Below, piece by piece: positions 47,293 through 56,334 of a DNA stretch of 64,000 nt (positions are counted from its first letter, which is position 1; each line of letters opens with the position of its first letter). This DNA comes from an uncultured Candidatus Saccharibacteria bacterium. GTDB taxonomy: Bacteria > Patescibacteriota > UBA1384 > DTJR01. Made by a program: the position numbers and the translations under genes. The stretch lies in NCBI GenBank assembly GCA_964487045.1, contig CAZAOT010000001.1:151863-215862 (forward strand), given 5' to 3'. The notes beneath the pieces are model-generated. The model had not been told where the DNA came from. It searched no databases and saw nothing but the letters and a program-made list of their open reading frames with translations.

Positions 47293-47508
47293 AACTTCGC
47301 TTCTCCGAAGCTTCGCTTGGCAAGCCACGTATGTAGCCTTGAATGGGCTATTTTATTTATATTTGGATCGCCTTGGCGGGATCGAAGGGCGGAGCTCGAC
47401 GGAGCGAGCCCAGGCCTGGAGGCGAATTCAGCAGAATTCGACCGGAAGGCGATCCCATCTGTAATCGATTTTTCAGTAGAAATTTACTGAATTGCGATCC
47501 CATCCAGG
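47293..47508 (+). repeat. tRNA-trailer element: conserved hairpin motif (47293-47327), then a GC-rich segment ending in a 13-nt direct repeat of the tRNA 3' region (GATCCCATCCAGG, 47496-47508)
   Basis: GATCCCATCCAGG at 47273-85 and 47496-508. GGATCGCC...GGCGATCC long-range pairing (47378.. / 47449..). Confidence 0.45.
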
Positions 47509-47633
47509 ATCTTGTCCAATATCTACATTTAGGATTAATGGTTCATTTAGTAGATATACGCTCGTGACTTGACAAATGGAAAATAATGTTATATAATAGT
47601 TATAGTAACATTACGAACGTGAGGGAGGGGAAA

Positions 47634-48134
47634 ATGAACGATAAGACAAAAATTGCACTAATTTCAGCTTCAGCTCTAACCATTGCTTTAATTTCTTCTC
47701 TAATTGTTTATAAAAACACTCATCTTTTTGCTAAGGAACAGGATTACTCAAATGAATATTCGCTTTCCCTAGTTAATAACGAAAGAACTGCTCATAATTT
47801 AAAAACTCTTTCTTGGAATGATCAGCTTGAAAAAGCTGCCGAGGATAAGATAAATGATATTTTCGCTAAGAACTATTTTGATCATACTGCCCCCGACGGC
47901 ACTAAGGCTTGGAATTTTATTTTAAGCGAAGGTTACGATTATAAGGTTGCTGGTGAAAACCTAGCTGTTGATTTTACCAATATTTCAGATGCTTTTAACG
48001 CTTGGAAGAATAGTCAGTCTCACTATAAAAATATCGTTTCTAGTGAATATACTGATTACGCTATAGCTGAAAAGGAGGGAATACTTAATGGACAAGAAAC
48101 TAAGGTTTATGTTCAGATTTTTGCCACAAAATAA
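47634..48134 (+). CDS. CAP/SCP (cysteine-rich secretory protein, YkwD-like) domain protein, membrane-anchored
   Basis: Start at MNDKTKIAL, after GAGGGAGGGG. N-terminal TM, then the SCP region ...FDHTAPDG...GENLA...AWKNSQSHYKNI. Confidence 0.75.
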   Translation: MNDKTKIALISASALTIALISSLIVYKNTHLFAKEQDYSNEYSLSLVNNERTAHNLKTLSWNDQLEKAAEDKINDIFAKNYFDHTAPDGTKAWNFILSEGYDYKVAGENLAVDFTNISDAFNAWKNSQSHYKNIVSSEYTDYAIAEKEGILNGQETKVYVQIFATK

Positions 48135-48312
48135 ATGGTTCCTAGGAGGGAATTATGAGAAGTTTAATATATAAGAAAAGTTACAAAAGAATCCGGGATC
48201 CTGATTGACCCGGATTCTTTTATTGACAGTAATAATTAAAGTGTTACATTAATCCAAGCTATGGCAACGGCTATGGCCCCTATACGACAAGGGGCCAATT
48301 TTATTAAAAACT

Positions 48313-49950
48313 ATGAAAATTAAACTCTTATCACCGGTTTTTGTACTAATATATCTTTTATTTTCATTGCCAATTTCGGTTAAGGCGGAATCATATGTCG
48401 ATTGGTCCAAAGTCGAGATACTGCCAAGCTCCAGTTCTGCTACGCTAGGGTTTATAAATTCTACCAGTACGGGCTTTCGAGTTAACCTGGGTCTTTCTGA
48501 TTCGTATAAACCAGATAGTTTGCATTTATTTATCGGCTCCTGCGTTAATCCAGTAGACTCAGAATCGTTCGATAACGGTTCGGAATATTATCTTTCGACT
48601 AACACTGCTTCTTTGAGCGAGCTTAAAGCGTTGCTTCTTAATTGTTCTGGCAAACAAGAGGGCGAGAACATTGTCGAAGTAAAAGGTTTTACTGGTGGGC
48701 TATATCAAACTATCTATTCAGATATAATCACTTCTGATTTTACTGCTCCAGTAGGAATTTTCTCTATAGAGGCAATGAATGGGTATATCTATAAGGTAGG
48801 CGAGAAGATTGATATTGTTTTTGACCCGAATGTTAATGCTGATGTTGATGTAATTACTGGATACGTTAACGATCGTGAATTGACTTTTAACAAATCGGGA
48901 AATAAGTTTATTGCGAGCTATGTTATTTCTGAAGGCGGAGCGGATATTACTGACGAATTGATTTTAGAAAACATATCAATTATCGATCTAGCAGGTAATT
49001 TACAAAGCATCGCCCAGGAATCAATCCCGATTAATTTTTCAATTGATGCCAACTCTCCAGTTGTGAATATAACTTATCCATATGAAAACGAAGTAATAAG
49101 CAAATCACAATTCGAGTTCATTTATCTTGCAAGTGGCTATGAAACAATTAGTTTTTATCTAAATGACAAACTGATAGCTAGCCCAATGCTTAGTAATTTA
49201 ACGACCGGAGATTATATACTGAGGATCGTTGCTCTTGATAAGGCGGGCAATCTTACTGTTGCGCAGAGGAGCTTCAGGGTTGATATTATTGGTCCAGCCT
49301 TATCGATTATTTCTAACCAGGGCGAAGTAGCTGAGGGGGATGAGTATTCTTTGTCCGGAGAAAGCGAACCATTTTCGGAAGTAGAACTAACGATTGGAAG
49401 CAAAGTTTATAGCACAATATCTGATGATTTGGGTAAATTTAATTTTAAAATAAATGACTTGAAGCAGGGGAGTTATGATTATTATCTTTGTGCATACGAC
49501 CAATATGGTAATATTTCTCTATTAAATTTAGGTGTACTGACCATAAAGGCTAAACCCGTTACTGACTCTCAAAGTGCAGTGATTGCTAGGGCAGGTGTTA
49601 TAGGAGATTATGAATATGATAAAGTCTCGGTTGTTTCTGTTTCACTTGAGCCTCCTGAAGACCAAAAAGTGGCCAAACAAGGTAAGATTATCTCTTCTTC
49701 GGATGAGCGCACGATGACAGGCGCGAATTATAATAGCTGGTTGATATTGATCGGTCTTGTAATAGTCTCGGTAGCTATCTCATCAGCAGGATATTATGGC
49801 TATTCATTGATTGGCAACAACGGCAAAGCGACTGAACTGGAAACTGAGATTGCGGCGTCAGACGAGATCCCTGACGCTGAGCATGAAGATATTCAGACTA
49901 ACTCCAATTCTGAATCGATCGAAGAAGAAAAAACTGATCTTAGATGGTAA
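48313..49950 (+). CDS. secreted Ig-like repeat protein with a C-terminal TM anchor and acidic tail
   Basis: Signal peptide, repeated beta-rich modules, and ...SWLILIGLVIVSVAISSAGYYG near the C-terminus. Confidence 0.5.
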   Translation: MKIKLLSPVFVLIYLLFSLPISVKAESYVDWSKVEILPSSSSATLGFINSTSTGFRVNLGLSDSYKPDSLHLFIGSCVNPVDSESFDNGSEYYLSTNTASLSELKALLLNCSGKQEGENIVEVKGFTGGLYQTIYSDIITSDFTAPVGIFSIEAMNGYIYKVGEKIDIVFDPNVNADVDVITGYVNDRELTFNKSGNKFIASYVISEGGADITDELILENISIIDLAGNLQSIAQESIPINFSIDANSPVVNITYPYENEVISKSQFEFIYLASGYETISFYLNDKLIASPMLSNLTTGDYILRIVALDKAGNLTVAQRSFRVDIIGPALSIISNQGEVAEGDEYSLSGESEPFSEVELTIGSKVYSTISDDLGKFNFKINDLKQGSYDYYLCAYDQYGNISLLNLGVLTIKAKPVTDSQSAVIARAGVIGDYEYDKVSVVSVSLEPPEDQKVAKQGKIISSSDERTMTGANYNSWLILIGLVIVSVAISSAGYYGYSLIGNNGKATELETEIAASDEIPDAEHEDIQTNSNSESIEEEKTDLRW

Positions 49951-49981
49951 ACATTTGCTCAGCTTTGGTATAATTCAAGTT

Positions 49982-50380
49982 ATGGAAGGCGAACAATCAA
50001 ATTTAAAGCCGAAGCGTTTTTTTGTTGCTCCGCTTTTAATACTTCTAGCTTTGACTTATATTGGATTTTTACTTTATCAGTCGGTCTATGTTAATTACCA
50101 AACTAACAAAAAAATTTCTGCCTTAGAGGATGCGCTTCGTGATAATAAAATCCGAAAACAAAATCTAGAAGTTCTGATAGCTTATTATAAAACTTTTGCT
50201 TTTCAAGAACTTGAAGCACGCAAAAAACTCGGCCTTAAACTACCCGGTGAAAAGGTTGTAAAAGTAGATATCCCTGAGGAAACTAAGTTAAAACTTACTG
50301 AAAGTGAACCCATTGTAACTACTAAGACGAAGTCGAATTTAGAATACTGGATCGACTATCTTTTCTATCCCGATGTTTAA
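49982..50380 (+). CDS. FtsB/DivIC-like septum formation initiator (TM + coiled coil)
   Basis: Start moved to MEGEQSN. TM FVAPLLILLALTYIGFLLY, then a heptad-rich segment ending KKLGLKLPGEKVVKV. Confidence 0.5.
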   Translation: MEGEQSNLKPKRFFVAPLLILLALTYIGFLLYQSVYVNYQTNKKISALEDALRDNKIRKQNLEVLIAYYKTFAFQELEARKKLGLKLPGEKVVKVDIPEETKLKLTESEPIVTTKTKSNLEYWIDYLFYPDV

Positions 50381-50385
50381 AACAC

Positions 50386-50414
50386 TTGACAGTAGGAGTG
50401 CAACTGGTATACAT
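50386..50414 (+). promoter_or_regulatory. sigma70-like promoter TTGACA-17-ATACAT upstream of the TasA-like gene; the 5' UTR carries the palindrome AACCAAT-cat-ATTGGTT (50436-50452)
   Basis: Hexamers and spacing as stated. There is a 125-nt leader. Confidence 0.4.
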
Positions 50415-50538
50415 TCAGCTCAATGGAAAAAAACCAATCATATTGGTTAAAAAATAAGTAAACGCACCCTTTTGGGTTGCGCTTGTTTTGTCTAATGGGG
50501 GTCGACTTTAGGCAAATAAATAAAGAAGTGGAGAAAAA

Positions 50539-51156
50539 ATGTTAAAAATATTAAAGAGTTTAATGGTTATTGTGGCTGTTGCAGCTGTTGCAACTAGTGC
50601 TACTGGTGCTTACTTTAGTGATACTGAAACTTCAACTGGCAATAGTTTTACCGCTGGAACATTAGATCTTAATGTCGACGGTGGTGATACTAATGTGGTG
50701 AAGTTTAATGTCTCAAATATGAGCCCAGGTGACCAAAGAGTTGGAACATGGCGACTTGCTAATGTAGGATCAATAAATGGATATATTGATCTTCATAATA
50801 TCTTGGTTTCTAGCCAAGAAAATGGATGCAATAACGCTGAGACCGACGCTGGTGATGTGACCTGTGATAATCCTGGAGCGGGACAGGGAGAGTTACAAAA
50901 TGTCTTGAGTCTTTCCAAGTTATTCTGGGATACAGATTGTAATGGTTGGGTTGGAGCTGGTGAAACTACGATCTTCGATGGTAAGCTCGGCACTATTGCA
51001 ACTGACTATGACTCTAACGTAGCCCTTAACGCTGGACAGGAAAAGTGTATCACTGGTCAATTCAACTGGTGGAGCACTGCTGATGACAACAAGGCGCAAG
51101 GTGATTCGGCAAACTTGGATATGACCTTCGAGATTGCTGAAACTACTGGCCAATAA
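50539..51156 (+). CDS. TasA/camelysin-family secreted protein (SipW-cognate class signal peptide)
   Basis: After the signal: GAYFSDTETSTGNSFTAGTLDL, the hallmark N-terminus of the TasA/CalY family. Confidence 0.7.
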   Translation: MLKILKSLMVIVAVAAVATSATGAYFSDTETSTGNSFTAGTLDLNVDGGDTNVVKFNVSNMSPGDQRVGTWRLANVGSINGYIDLHNILVSSQENGCNNAETDAGDVTCDNPGAGQGELQNVLSLSKLFWDTDCNGWVGAGETTIFDGKLGTIATDYDSNVALNAGQEKCITGQFNWWSTADDNKAQGDSANLDMTFEIAETTGQ

Positions 51157-51208
51157 TTCAGTTTCACGATCCAGCCCTCATTGGGGGCTGGAGAAGAGGC
51201 ATTGAATT

Positions 51209-51760
51209 ATGAAAAAGTTTTGGACAATTTTCTTAAATACGATCTTAGTCATTTTTCTTTTAGTTGGAGCTTTGCTGATTATCTCTCTTCTACCAATAAA
51301 AAATAACTATCGCATCTTTTCGGTTATGTCTGGTTCGATGGAACCTTCAATTCCAATTGGGAGCTTAATTATTGTTAAGCCAGTAGGTGAATATAAAACA
51401 AGTGACATAATTACTTTCAAATCAACGCAGAAAGAGAATGACTATACCACGCACAGAATAAATGAAATTAAGGAAAAAGACGGATTAAAGTCATACGTCA
51501 CCAAGGGAGATGCCAACGAATCTCCGGATTTTGAGAATGTTAGTACCGACAGGATTGTAGGCAAGCAGATTATTACCATTGCTCTTGTCGGCTATATTTT
51601 ATGGTTTGTTAAAACGTTACCCGGTCTTATAGTTATTATTATTGTTCCAGCATTGATAATTATTTACGATGAAGTAGATAAGATAAAGAAAGAAGTAAAG
51701 ATCTTTAAAAAAAATGGAAGAAAAAAGAAAGGTAAAAATGTTAAAAATTCAAAGTCTTAA
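51209..51760 (+). CDS. sipW: signal peptidase I, SipW (archaeal/ER) type
   Basis: N-terminal TM, MSGSMEPSIPIGSLIIV (catalytic Ser box), TKGDANESPD, C-terminal TM and a Lys-rich tail. Confidence 0.8.
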   Translation: MKKFWTIFLNTILVIFLLVGALLIISLLPIKNNYRIFSVMSGSMEPSIPIGSLIIVKPVGEYKTSDIITFKSTQKENDYTTHRINEIKEKDGLKSYVTKGDANESPDFENVSTDRIVGKQIITIALVGYILWFVKTLPGLIVIIIVPALIIIYDEVDKIKKEVKIFKKNGRKKKGKNVKNSKS

Positions 51761-52298
51761 GGGGTTATTTTTCCCAATAGCATTTCTTTTCATTGCCGTC
51801 TCGTTTACTGGGGCTCACTTCTCTGACAATGTTTCTACTTCTAGTAACACTATTACTGCAGCTACTTGGTCGGTCTCCCCGGCAAATATTGTTATTAATG
51901 AATTTATGGCCAACCCAGCCGAATCTGACGAAAGCTATTATGAATGGGTTGAGCTATTAAATACTGGCGGAAGTAGCATCAATATTGATGGATGGGTTCT
52001 TTATGATTCATTTGACGCTCACGCTCTTCCGATATCATCATCAAATGTTGCTGGAGGCTCAACGATTGTTAGTCCCGGTGGTTACGCAGTAGTAGGTAGG
52101 AATGGAGACATCGATTTTTCTCTAAATAATTCTAACGATACTGTTAGATTGTATAATGGCCCGATCGGCATTGGATCCTTGATTGAGACCAATTCATATC
52201 TTAATACTATTGAAGGTAAGACTTGGGCTAGAGTGCCAAACGGAACGGGAGCGTTTACCGATGGCCACGATCAAACACCAGGAGGTCCAAATGTTTAA
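51738..52298 (+). CDS. SipW-cognate signal peptide protein with a lamin-tail (LTD) domain
   Basis: Signal ...SFTGAHFSDNVSTSSNTITAATW. Then VINEFMANP...EWVELLNTGGSSINIDGWVL (LTD signature). Confidence 0.6.
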   Translation: MLKIQSLKGLFFPIAFLFIAVSFTGAHFSDNVSTSSNTITAATWSVSPANIVINEFMANPAESDESYYEWVELLNTGGSSINIDGWVLYDSFDAHALPISSSNVAGGSTIVSPGGYAVVGRNGDIDFSLNNSNDTVRLYNGPIGIGSLIETNSYLNTIEGKTWARVPNGTGAFTDGHDQTPGGPNV

Positions 52299-53181
52299 AA
52301 AAATTGCCATAATATCAGCCTTGATTGTCTCGTCGTGCTTAATTTCAGCCAGAGCTCAAGCTGCGACAATTACGCCAGGACCACTTACGATTACATATGA
52401 TGGTGATGGTGCTATATTCTCAGAATCAAATCTATCGCCAGGAAACATAGTTAAAAGAACTTTATCAGTTACTAATAACGGAAGAATTGCCCATAATTTT
52501 GCCATGTCTACAAACAATGTTAGCGGCGATCTTGGTTCTGTGATTACACTATCTGCCATAGAAAATGGAAACATCATCTGGACAAATACACTTTTAGAGC
52601 TACAGAATCTTTCAACTCAGAGTAAATTTGTAACGAACTTGAATCCCGGGGAAACTAAAACGATTGCCCTCGAAGCTAACTTTCCTAGTTCTTCCGGATC
52701 TAGTTTAGCCGGCAAGAATGTAACATTTGACATAGTATATGGCACAGAAGAAGCGGAGCCTGCCGCTAGAGTATTCGGTATTTTCTCTACAAATCCTATC
52801 TCCAGTGCGACTCCAGCAGCTTCGCCGAGTGCTTCTGTGGCTGCATCCTCTACACCCTCGGGAGAGGTAAAAGGAGAGTCAACTGGCGAACAAGAATCTG
52901 GGCTTAACCCATGGTATCTCGTAATTGCTCCAGCAGCAGTTCTGTTCTCGGTGGTTTTTCTGCCGGAATTCGCCTTAGCAGGAGGGCTGGCCGCAGCAAC
53001 AGGAGGAATCGCGTATGTTCTTGGTTATTCCTCGCGCGGAGACATGGATCCGCTAACCTTCTATGTTATTCTTGCTCTCGAGATAATTACGCTAATTGTG
53101 CTTGCTTATTATCTACTTCATCATGATAATAGGGCATCACGAAAAATCCGTGGGCACTATCACAGACTCAGACTCCGCTAA
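52291..53181 (+). CDS. secreted protein with a C-terminal double-TM anchor
   Basis: Start at MFKKIAII (RBS GGAGG). Signal peptide, beta-rich domain, Ser/Ala linker, C-terminal hydrophobic segments. Confidence 0.5.
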   Translation: MFKKIAIISALIVSSCLISARAQAATITPGPLTITYDGDGAIFSESNLSPGNIVKRTLSVTNNGRIAHNFAMSTNNVSGDLGSVITLSAIENGNIIWTNTLLELQNLSTQSKFVTNLNPGETKTIALEANFPSSSGSSLAGKNVTFDIVYGTEEAEPAARVFGIFSTNPISSATPAASPSASVAASSTPSGEVKGESTGEQESGLNPWYLVIAPAAVLFSVVFLPEFALAGGLAAATGGIAYVLGYSSRGDMDPLTFYVILALEIITLIVLAYYLLHHDNRASRKIRGHYHRLRLR

Positions 53182-53265
53182 GATCTAAATTAGTAATTTT
53201 TAAGTAACTTGATTTATTGTCAAAGATCTCTTTTAAATGATAAAATAGATAGGTGAAGGAGGGGA

Positions 53266-53841
53266 TTGTACGTAGACGATAGAGATCGAGTTTTGGCTAG
53301 TGTAAAAAAAAGCGTTGAAGAAGCCGGCAATAAGTCGGAGTATTCTGCTTATTATTTTATAATTGGCCTCAGTATCGCGGTTTTTGTCGGACTTGTTCTT
53401 CTCATGGCAAATATTAAGACCAAGGAAAATCAGCTTGAAGCTTATAAACAGAAAACCAGAGAAGATGTCACTAATCAGCTAAATAAAATTTCATCTAGTC
53501 AGGGACAATCCAAATATCTTGACTCTCAAATCTCGGCTCTTCAGATCGCGCTTTCCAAGAGGATTGATTTTGCCTCATTGCTCTCGGAGCTAAGCAGTAA
53601 GCAATACAAAAACGCTCGCTGGAGCGCATTTAACCTCAGCTCTAAGGCAGTTAGTATCAAGATGGAGGCGAGTAGCTTTGATGATGCGGCTAAGGCAGTT
53701 ACATCATTTAAGGAAGCGAAGGGAGTTAAAGACGCTAAATTATCTAAGGTTAGCGTTAATCCTGATAATAATTCTGTTAGTTTTACGATTGATTTAACGG
53801 TTGATTTTAATACATATAAAGTTGTAACTGGGGCCAAATGA
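53266..53841 (+). CDS. PilN-like type IV pilus assembly protein (TTG start)
   Basis: Bitopic: short N-terminus, TM, coiled coil. It sits at the head of the pilus gene cluster. Confidence 0.45.
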   Translation: MYVDDRDRVLASVKKSVEEAGNKSEYSAYYFIIGLSIAVFVGLVLLMANIKTKENQLEAYKQKTREDVTNQLNKISSSQGQSKYLDSQISALQIALSKRIDFASLLSELSSKQYKNARWSAFNLSSKAVSIKMEASSFDDAAKAVTSFKEAKGVKDAKLSKVSVNPDNNSVSFTIDLTVDFNTYKVVTGAK

Positions 53842-54398
53842 AAGTAGAAGATAAAGGAAAAATAGTAATTATCTTTTCGTCAGCAATGCTACTTATTGCT
53901 TTATTTGTACTAATTCTATTTTTAATCCCTAGGATCAACCAAATTAAAACTCTTGCTACGGAAATAGCAAACAAACAGGCGGAGTATGAAGTGGGGCTTT
54001 TGCGGGTGTCGCTTGCTCAGAAGGCGGTTGATACGATAACTCAAGCAAAAAAAGAAAGTGATCTACTTGGAGTAGCAATTCCGGAGAGTCCGCGAGCAGA
54101 GGAAGCAATTCTGCAAGTTTCTACTTCAGCTTCTTCGTCAGGTTTGCAAGTTACCTCAGCGGAAGTTATTAAGGCGAGCGAAGGAATTTTAAGCATTACC
54201 GTTTCAACCAGAGGCAGTTACGATAATACAATCTCGTTTGTTTCAAAACTTAAGAATAATCTAAGACCGGTGAAGTTAGTTGATCTCACTATGACCAAAG
54301 ACGGCGATGATGTGATAAATGCTAACTTTAACTTAGAGCTGCCGTATCTTTATCAAGTAACTAAATCTCCGGTATCAAGTCAGGTGGTAGTAGAATGA
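53838..54398 (+). CDS. PilO-like type IV pilus assembly protein
   Basis: Bitopic, with a coiled coil and a ferredoxin-like C-terminal region. Translationally coupled. Confidence 0.4.
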   Translation: MKVEDKGKIVIIFSSAMLLIALFVLILFLIPRINQIKTLATEIANKQAEYEVGLLRVSLAQKAVDTITQAKKESDLLGVAIPESPRAEEAILQVSTSASSSGLQVTSAEVIKASEGILSITVSTRGSYDNTISFVSKLKNNLRPVKLVDLTMTKDGDDVINANFNLELPYLYQVTKSPVSSQVVVE

Positions 54399-54628
54399 AA
54401 GAAAAATTTTTACCTTTTATTTTAGGATTTATTTCTACCCTAATTATTATCTTGCTAGCTGGTTGGTATTTTGGTCGACCGGGCCAGATTGAAAGACCAA
54501 GTTTTGACATAGTAGATGAGAATAGTCTGGAGCAACTTAAACAAGCAATTTCACAATTAAATAATTATGGTGATCTTCCTAAAAATGTCGATTCTGGATC
54601 CATGGGAAAGGCTAATCCATTTGAATAA
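54395..54628 (+). CDS. small membrane protein (PilP-like position)
   Basis: 77 aa, N-terminal TM. Confidence 0.3.
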   Translation: MKEKFLPFILGFISTLIIILLAGWYFGRPGQIERPSFDIVDENSLEQLKQAISQLNNYGDLPKNVDSGSMGKANPFE

Positions 54629-56334
54629 TGAAAAATTTTGAACAAACAAATATATTTTTGAATCAACTTGAAATGATGGAAATCATTCAAAAAGAGGATA
54701 TGGTTTTACTAGAGAACCAGCCTAGTCCTGAAGATGTTTTTGATACTCTTCTGCTACAGGGTAAATCTGACGTAAAACTTAGTGAAGCATATGCAAGATT
54801 TCGCTCTATTGCATTTGTGCATGTTCATGAAATAGCTCCTGAGGCAAGAGAAATTATCGATGAAGGTTTGGCGAGAAAGTTTGGATTTGTACCTTTCTAT
54901 GTCGATCATAAGAATAAAATTTTACAAATTGCAGTAAGTGACCCTCGAAGATTGATGCATCTAAATGATCATCAGCTTAGCAAATTATCTAAAAAAATTG
55001 GCTTTAGAATTGAAGTGATGATGGCGGCCAAGAGCCAGGTTGATAAGGCGCTTACAGAAAAACCTAAGCATATTGATCAGACTATAAAGGAGCAAGGGCC
55101 AGCAGAGTTGCCGAGTATGAGAACCTTTAACAATCCAGTGAATATTGATCTGATTAAGACATTTGCCAGTCAGGGTGACCATGTTTCGCTAACACTCGCT
55201 ATATTGAAGTATGCTTTTGATCGCAAAGCCGAAGAAGTTTTGATAGAACCTTTTGAAAAAAAACTATCTATAAAACTCAAGATAGATGGAGCTAACCATA
55301 ATATGTTAGTTATTCCTAGTATTTTACTTGAGGGTATTGTTTCGCAAGTTAAATCAATTGCAACTCTCGAAAACGAAGAAGCGCATAGCTCAAAAGGGCT
55401 GATCGCTTTAAACCTAGGATCGGGTAGTGCTACTGAAATATCCGTGAGAATTCTCCCCACAATTTTTGGCCCCAGAATTAATTTTAAATTTTTGCTTGAT
55501 GGTCGAGAAATTCCGACTCTTGAAAAATTAGGCATGTTTGAGAAAAATCGCGAGGTAGTTGAAGAGGCTCTTTCGGGTGGGTATGGACTAGTGTTAGTGG
55601 GAGGAGTTGGATCTTCTGGTAAGACTACAACGCTTTATTCGATGGCGAATTTTCTAAGTTCGAAAGAGCTTGATGTGATTGCTTTAGAAGGCGAAGTATC
55701 GTATCGACTCCAAGAGGTAAGTCAGGTTGAGATAAAGCCAGAGTTAGGATTTGGTTATAGCGATGCGATAAGATCTTCACTTAGCCAATCTCCTGACGCG
55801 CTTATGATTGATTCTTTGTCAGATAGTGAGAGCGCGAAATTAGCTCTAGAGGGATCTTTGACCGGAAAATTAATTTTAGCTGGTCTTTACGCGAGAACTG
55901 CCTCCCAGACACTCGGGCAATTTGCTGGATTAAGTGAAGAGAGGTTTTTATTATCATCAGCGATTAAGCTTATAATTTCTCAATGCTTAGTCAGACGAAT
56001 TTGCCCACATTGCCGAGTGCAGATAAGGATTTCTCAGTCTGCTGAAGAGAAGGTTAAGAGAGAGCTTAATACCAGCCATGATCTGAAGTTTTATAAGGGA
56101 GCGGGATGCGATAAGTGTAAGAACGGTTTCAGGGGAAGAATAGCGATTTTTGAGATAATTTCTCCCACTCCAGAGCTAATTGAAATTGTAGCTCGCGGCG
56201 GATCTGCAGAAGAAATTTCCCAAGCATCACGAAGATCGGGTATGATTAGTATGCGACAGGACGGACTGCTAAAGGTCGTTTCGGGTTTAACGACTATTGA
56301 TGAAGTTATAAAAGCAACCAAATCGGAGGAATAG
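54628..56334 (+). CDS. pilB: type IV pilus assembly ATPase PilB/GspE family (diverged Walker A)
   Basis: GGVGSSGKTTT Walker A, Asp/His boxes, and the tetracysteine CPHC..(n)..CDKC characteristic of GspE/PilB. Confidence 0.8.
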   Translation: MKNFEQTNIFLNQLEMMEIIQKEDMVLLENQPSPEDVFDTLLLQGKSDVKLSEAYARFRSIAFVHVHEIAPEAREIIDEGLARKFGFVPFYVDHKNKILQIAVSDPRRLMHLNDHQLSKLSKKIGFRIEVMMAAKSQVDKALTEKPKHIDQTIKEQGPAELPSMRTFNNPVNIDLIKTFASQGDHVSLTLAILKYAFDRKAEEVLIEPFEKKLSIKLKIDGANHNMLVIPSILLEGIVSQVKSIATLENEEAHSSKGLIALNLGSGSATEISVRILPTIFGPRINFKFLLDGREIPTLEKLGMFEKNREVVEEALSGGYGLVLVGGVGSSGKTTTLYSMANFLSSKELDVIALEGEVSYRLQEVSQVEIKPELGFGYSDAIRSSLSQSPDALMIDSLSDSESAKLALEGSLTGKLILAGLYARTASQTLGQFAGLSEERFLLSSAIKLIISQCLVRRICPHCRVQIRISQSAEEKVKRELNTSHDLKFYKGAGCDKCKNGFRGRIAIFEIISPTPELIEIVARGGSAEEISQASRRSGMISMRQDGLLKVVSGLTTIDEVIKATKSEE

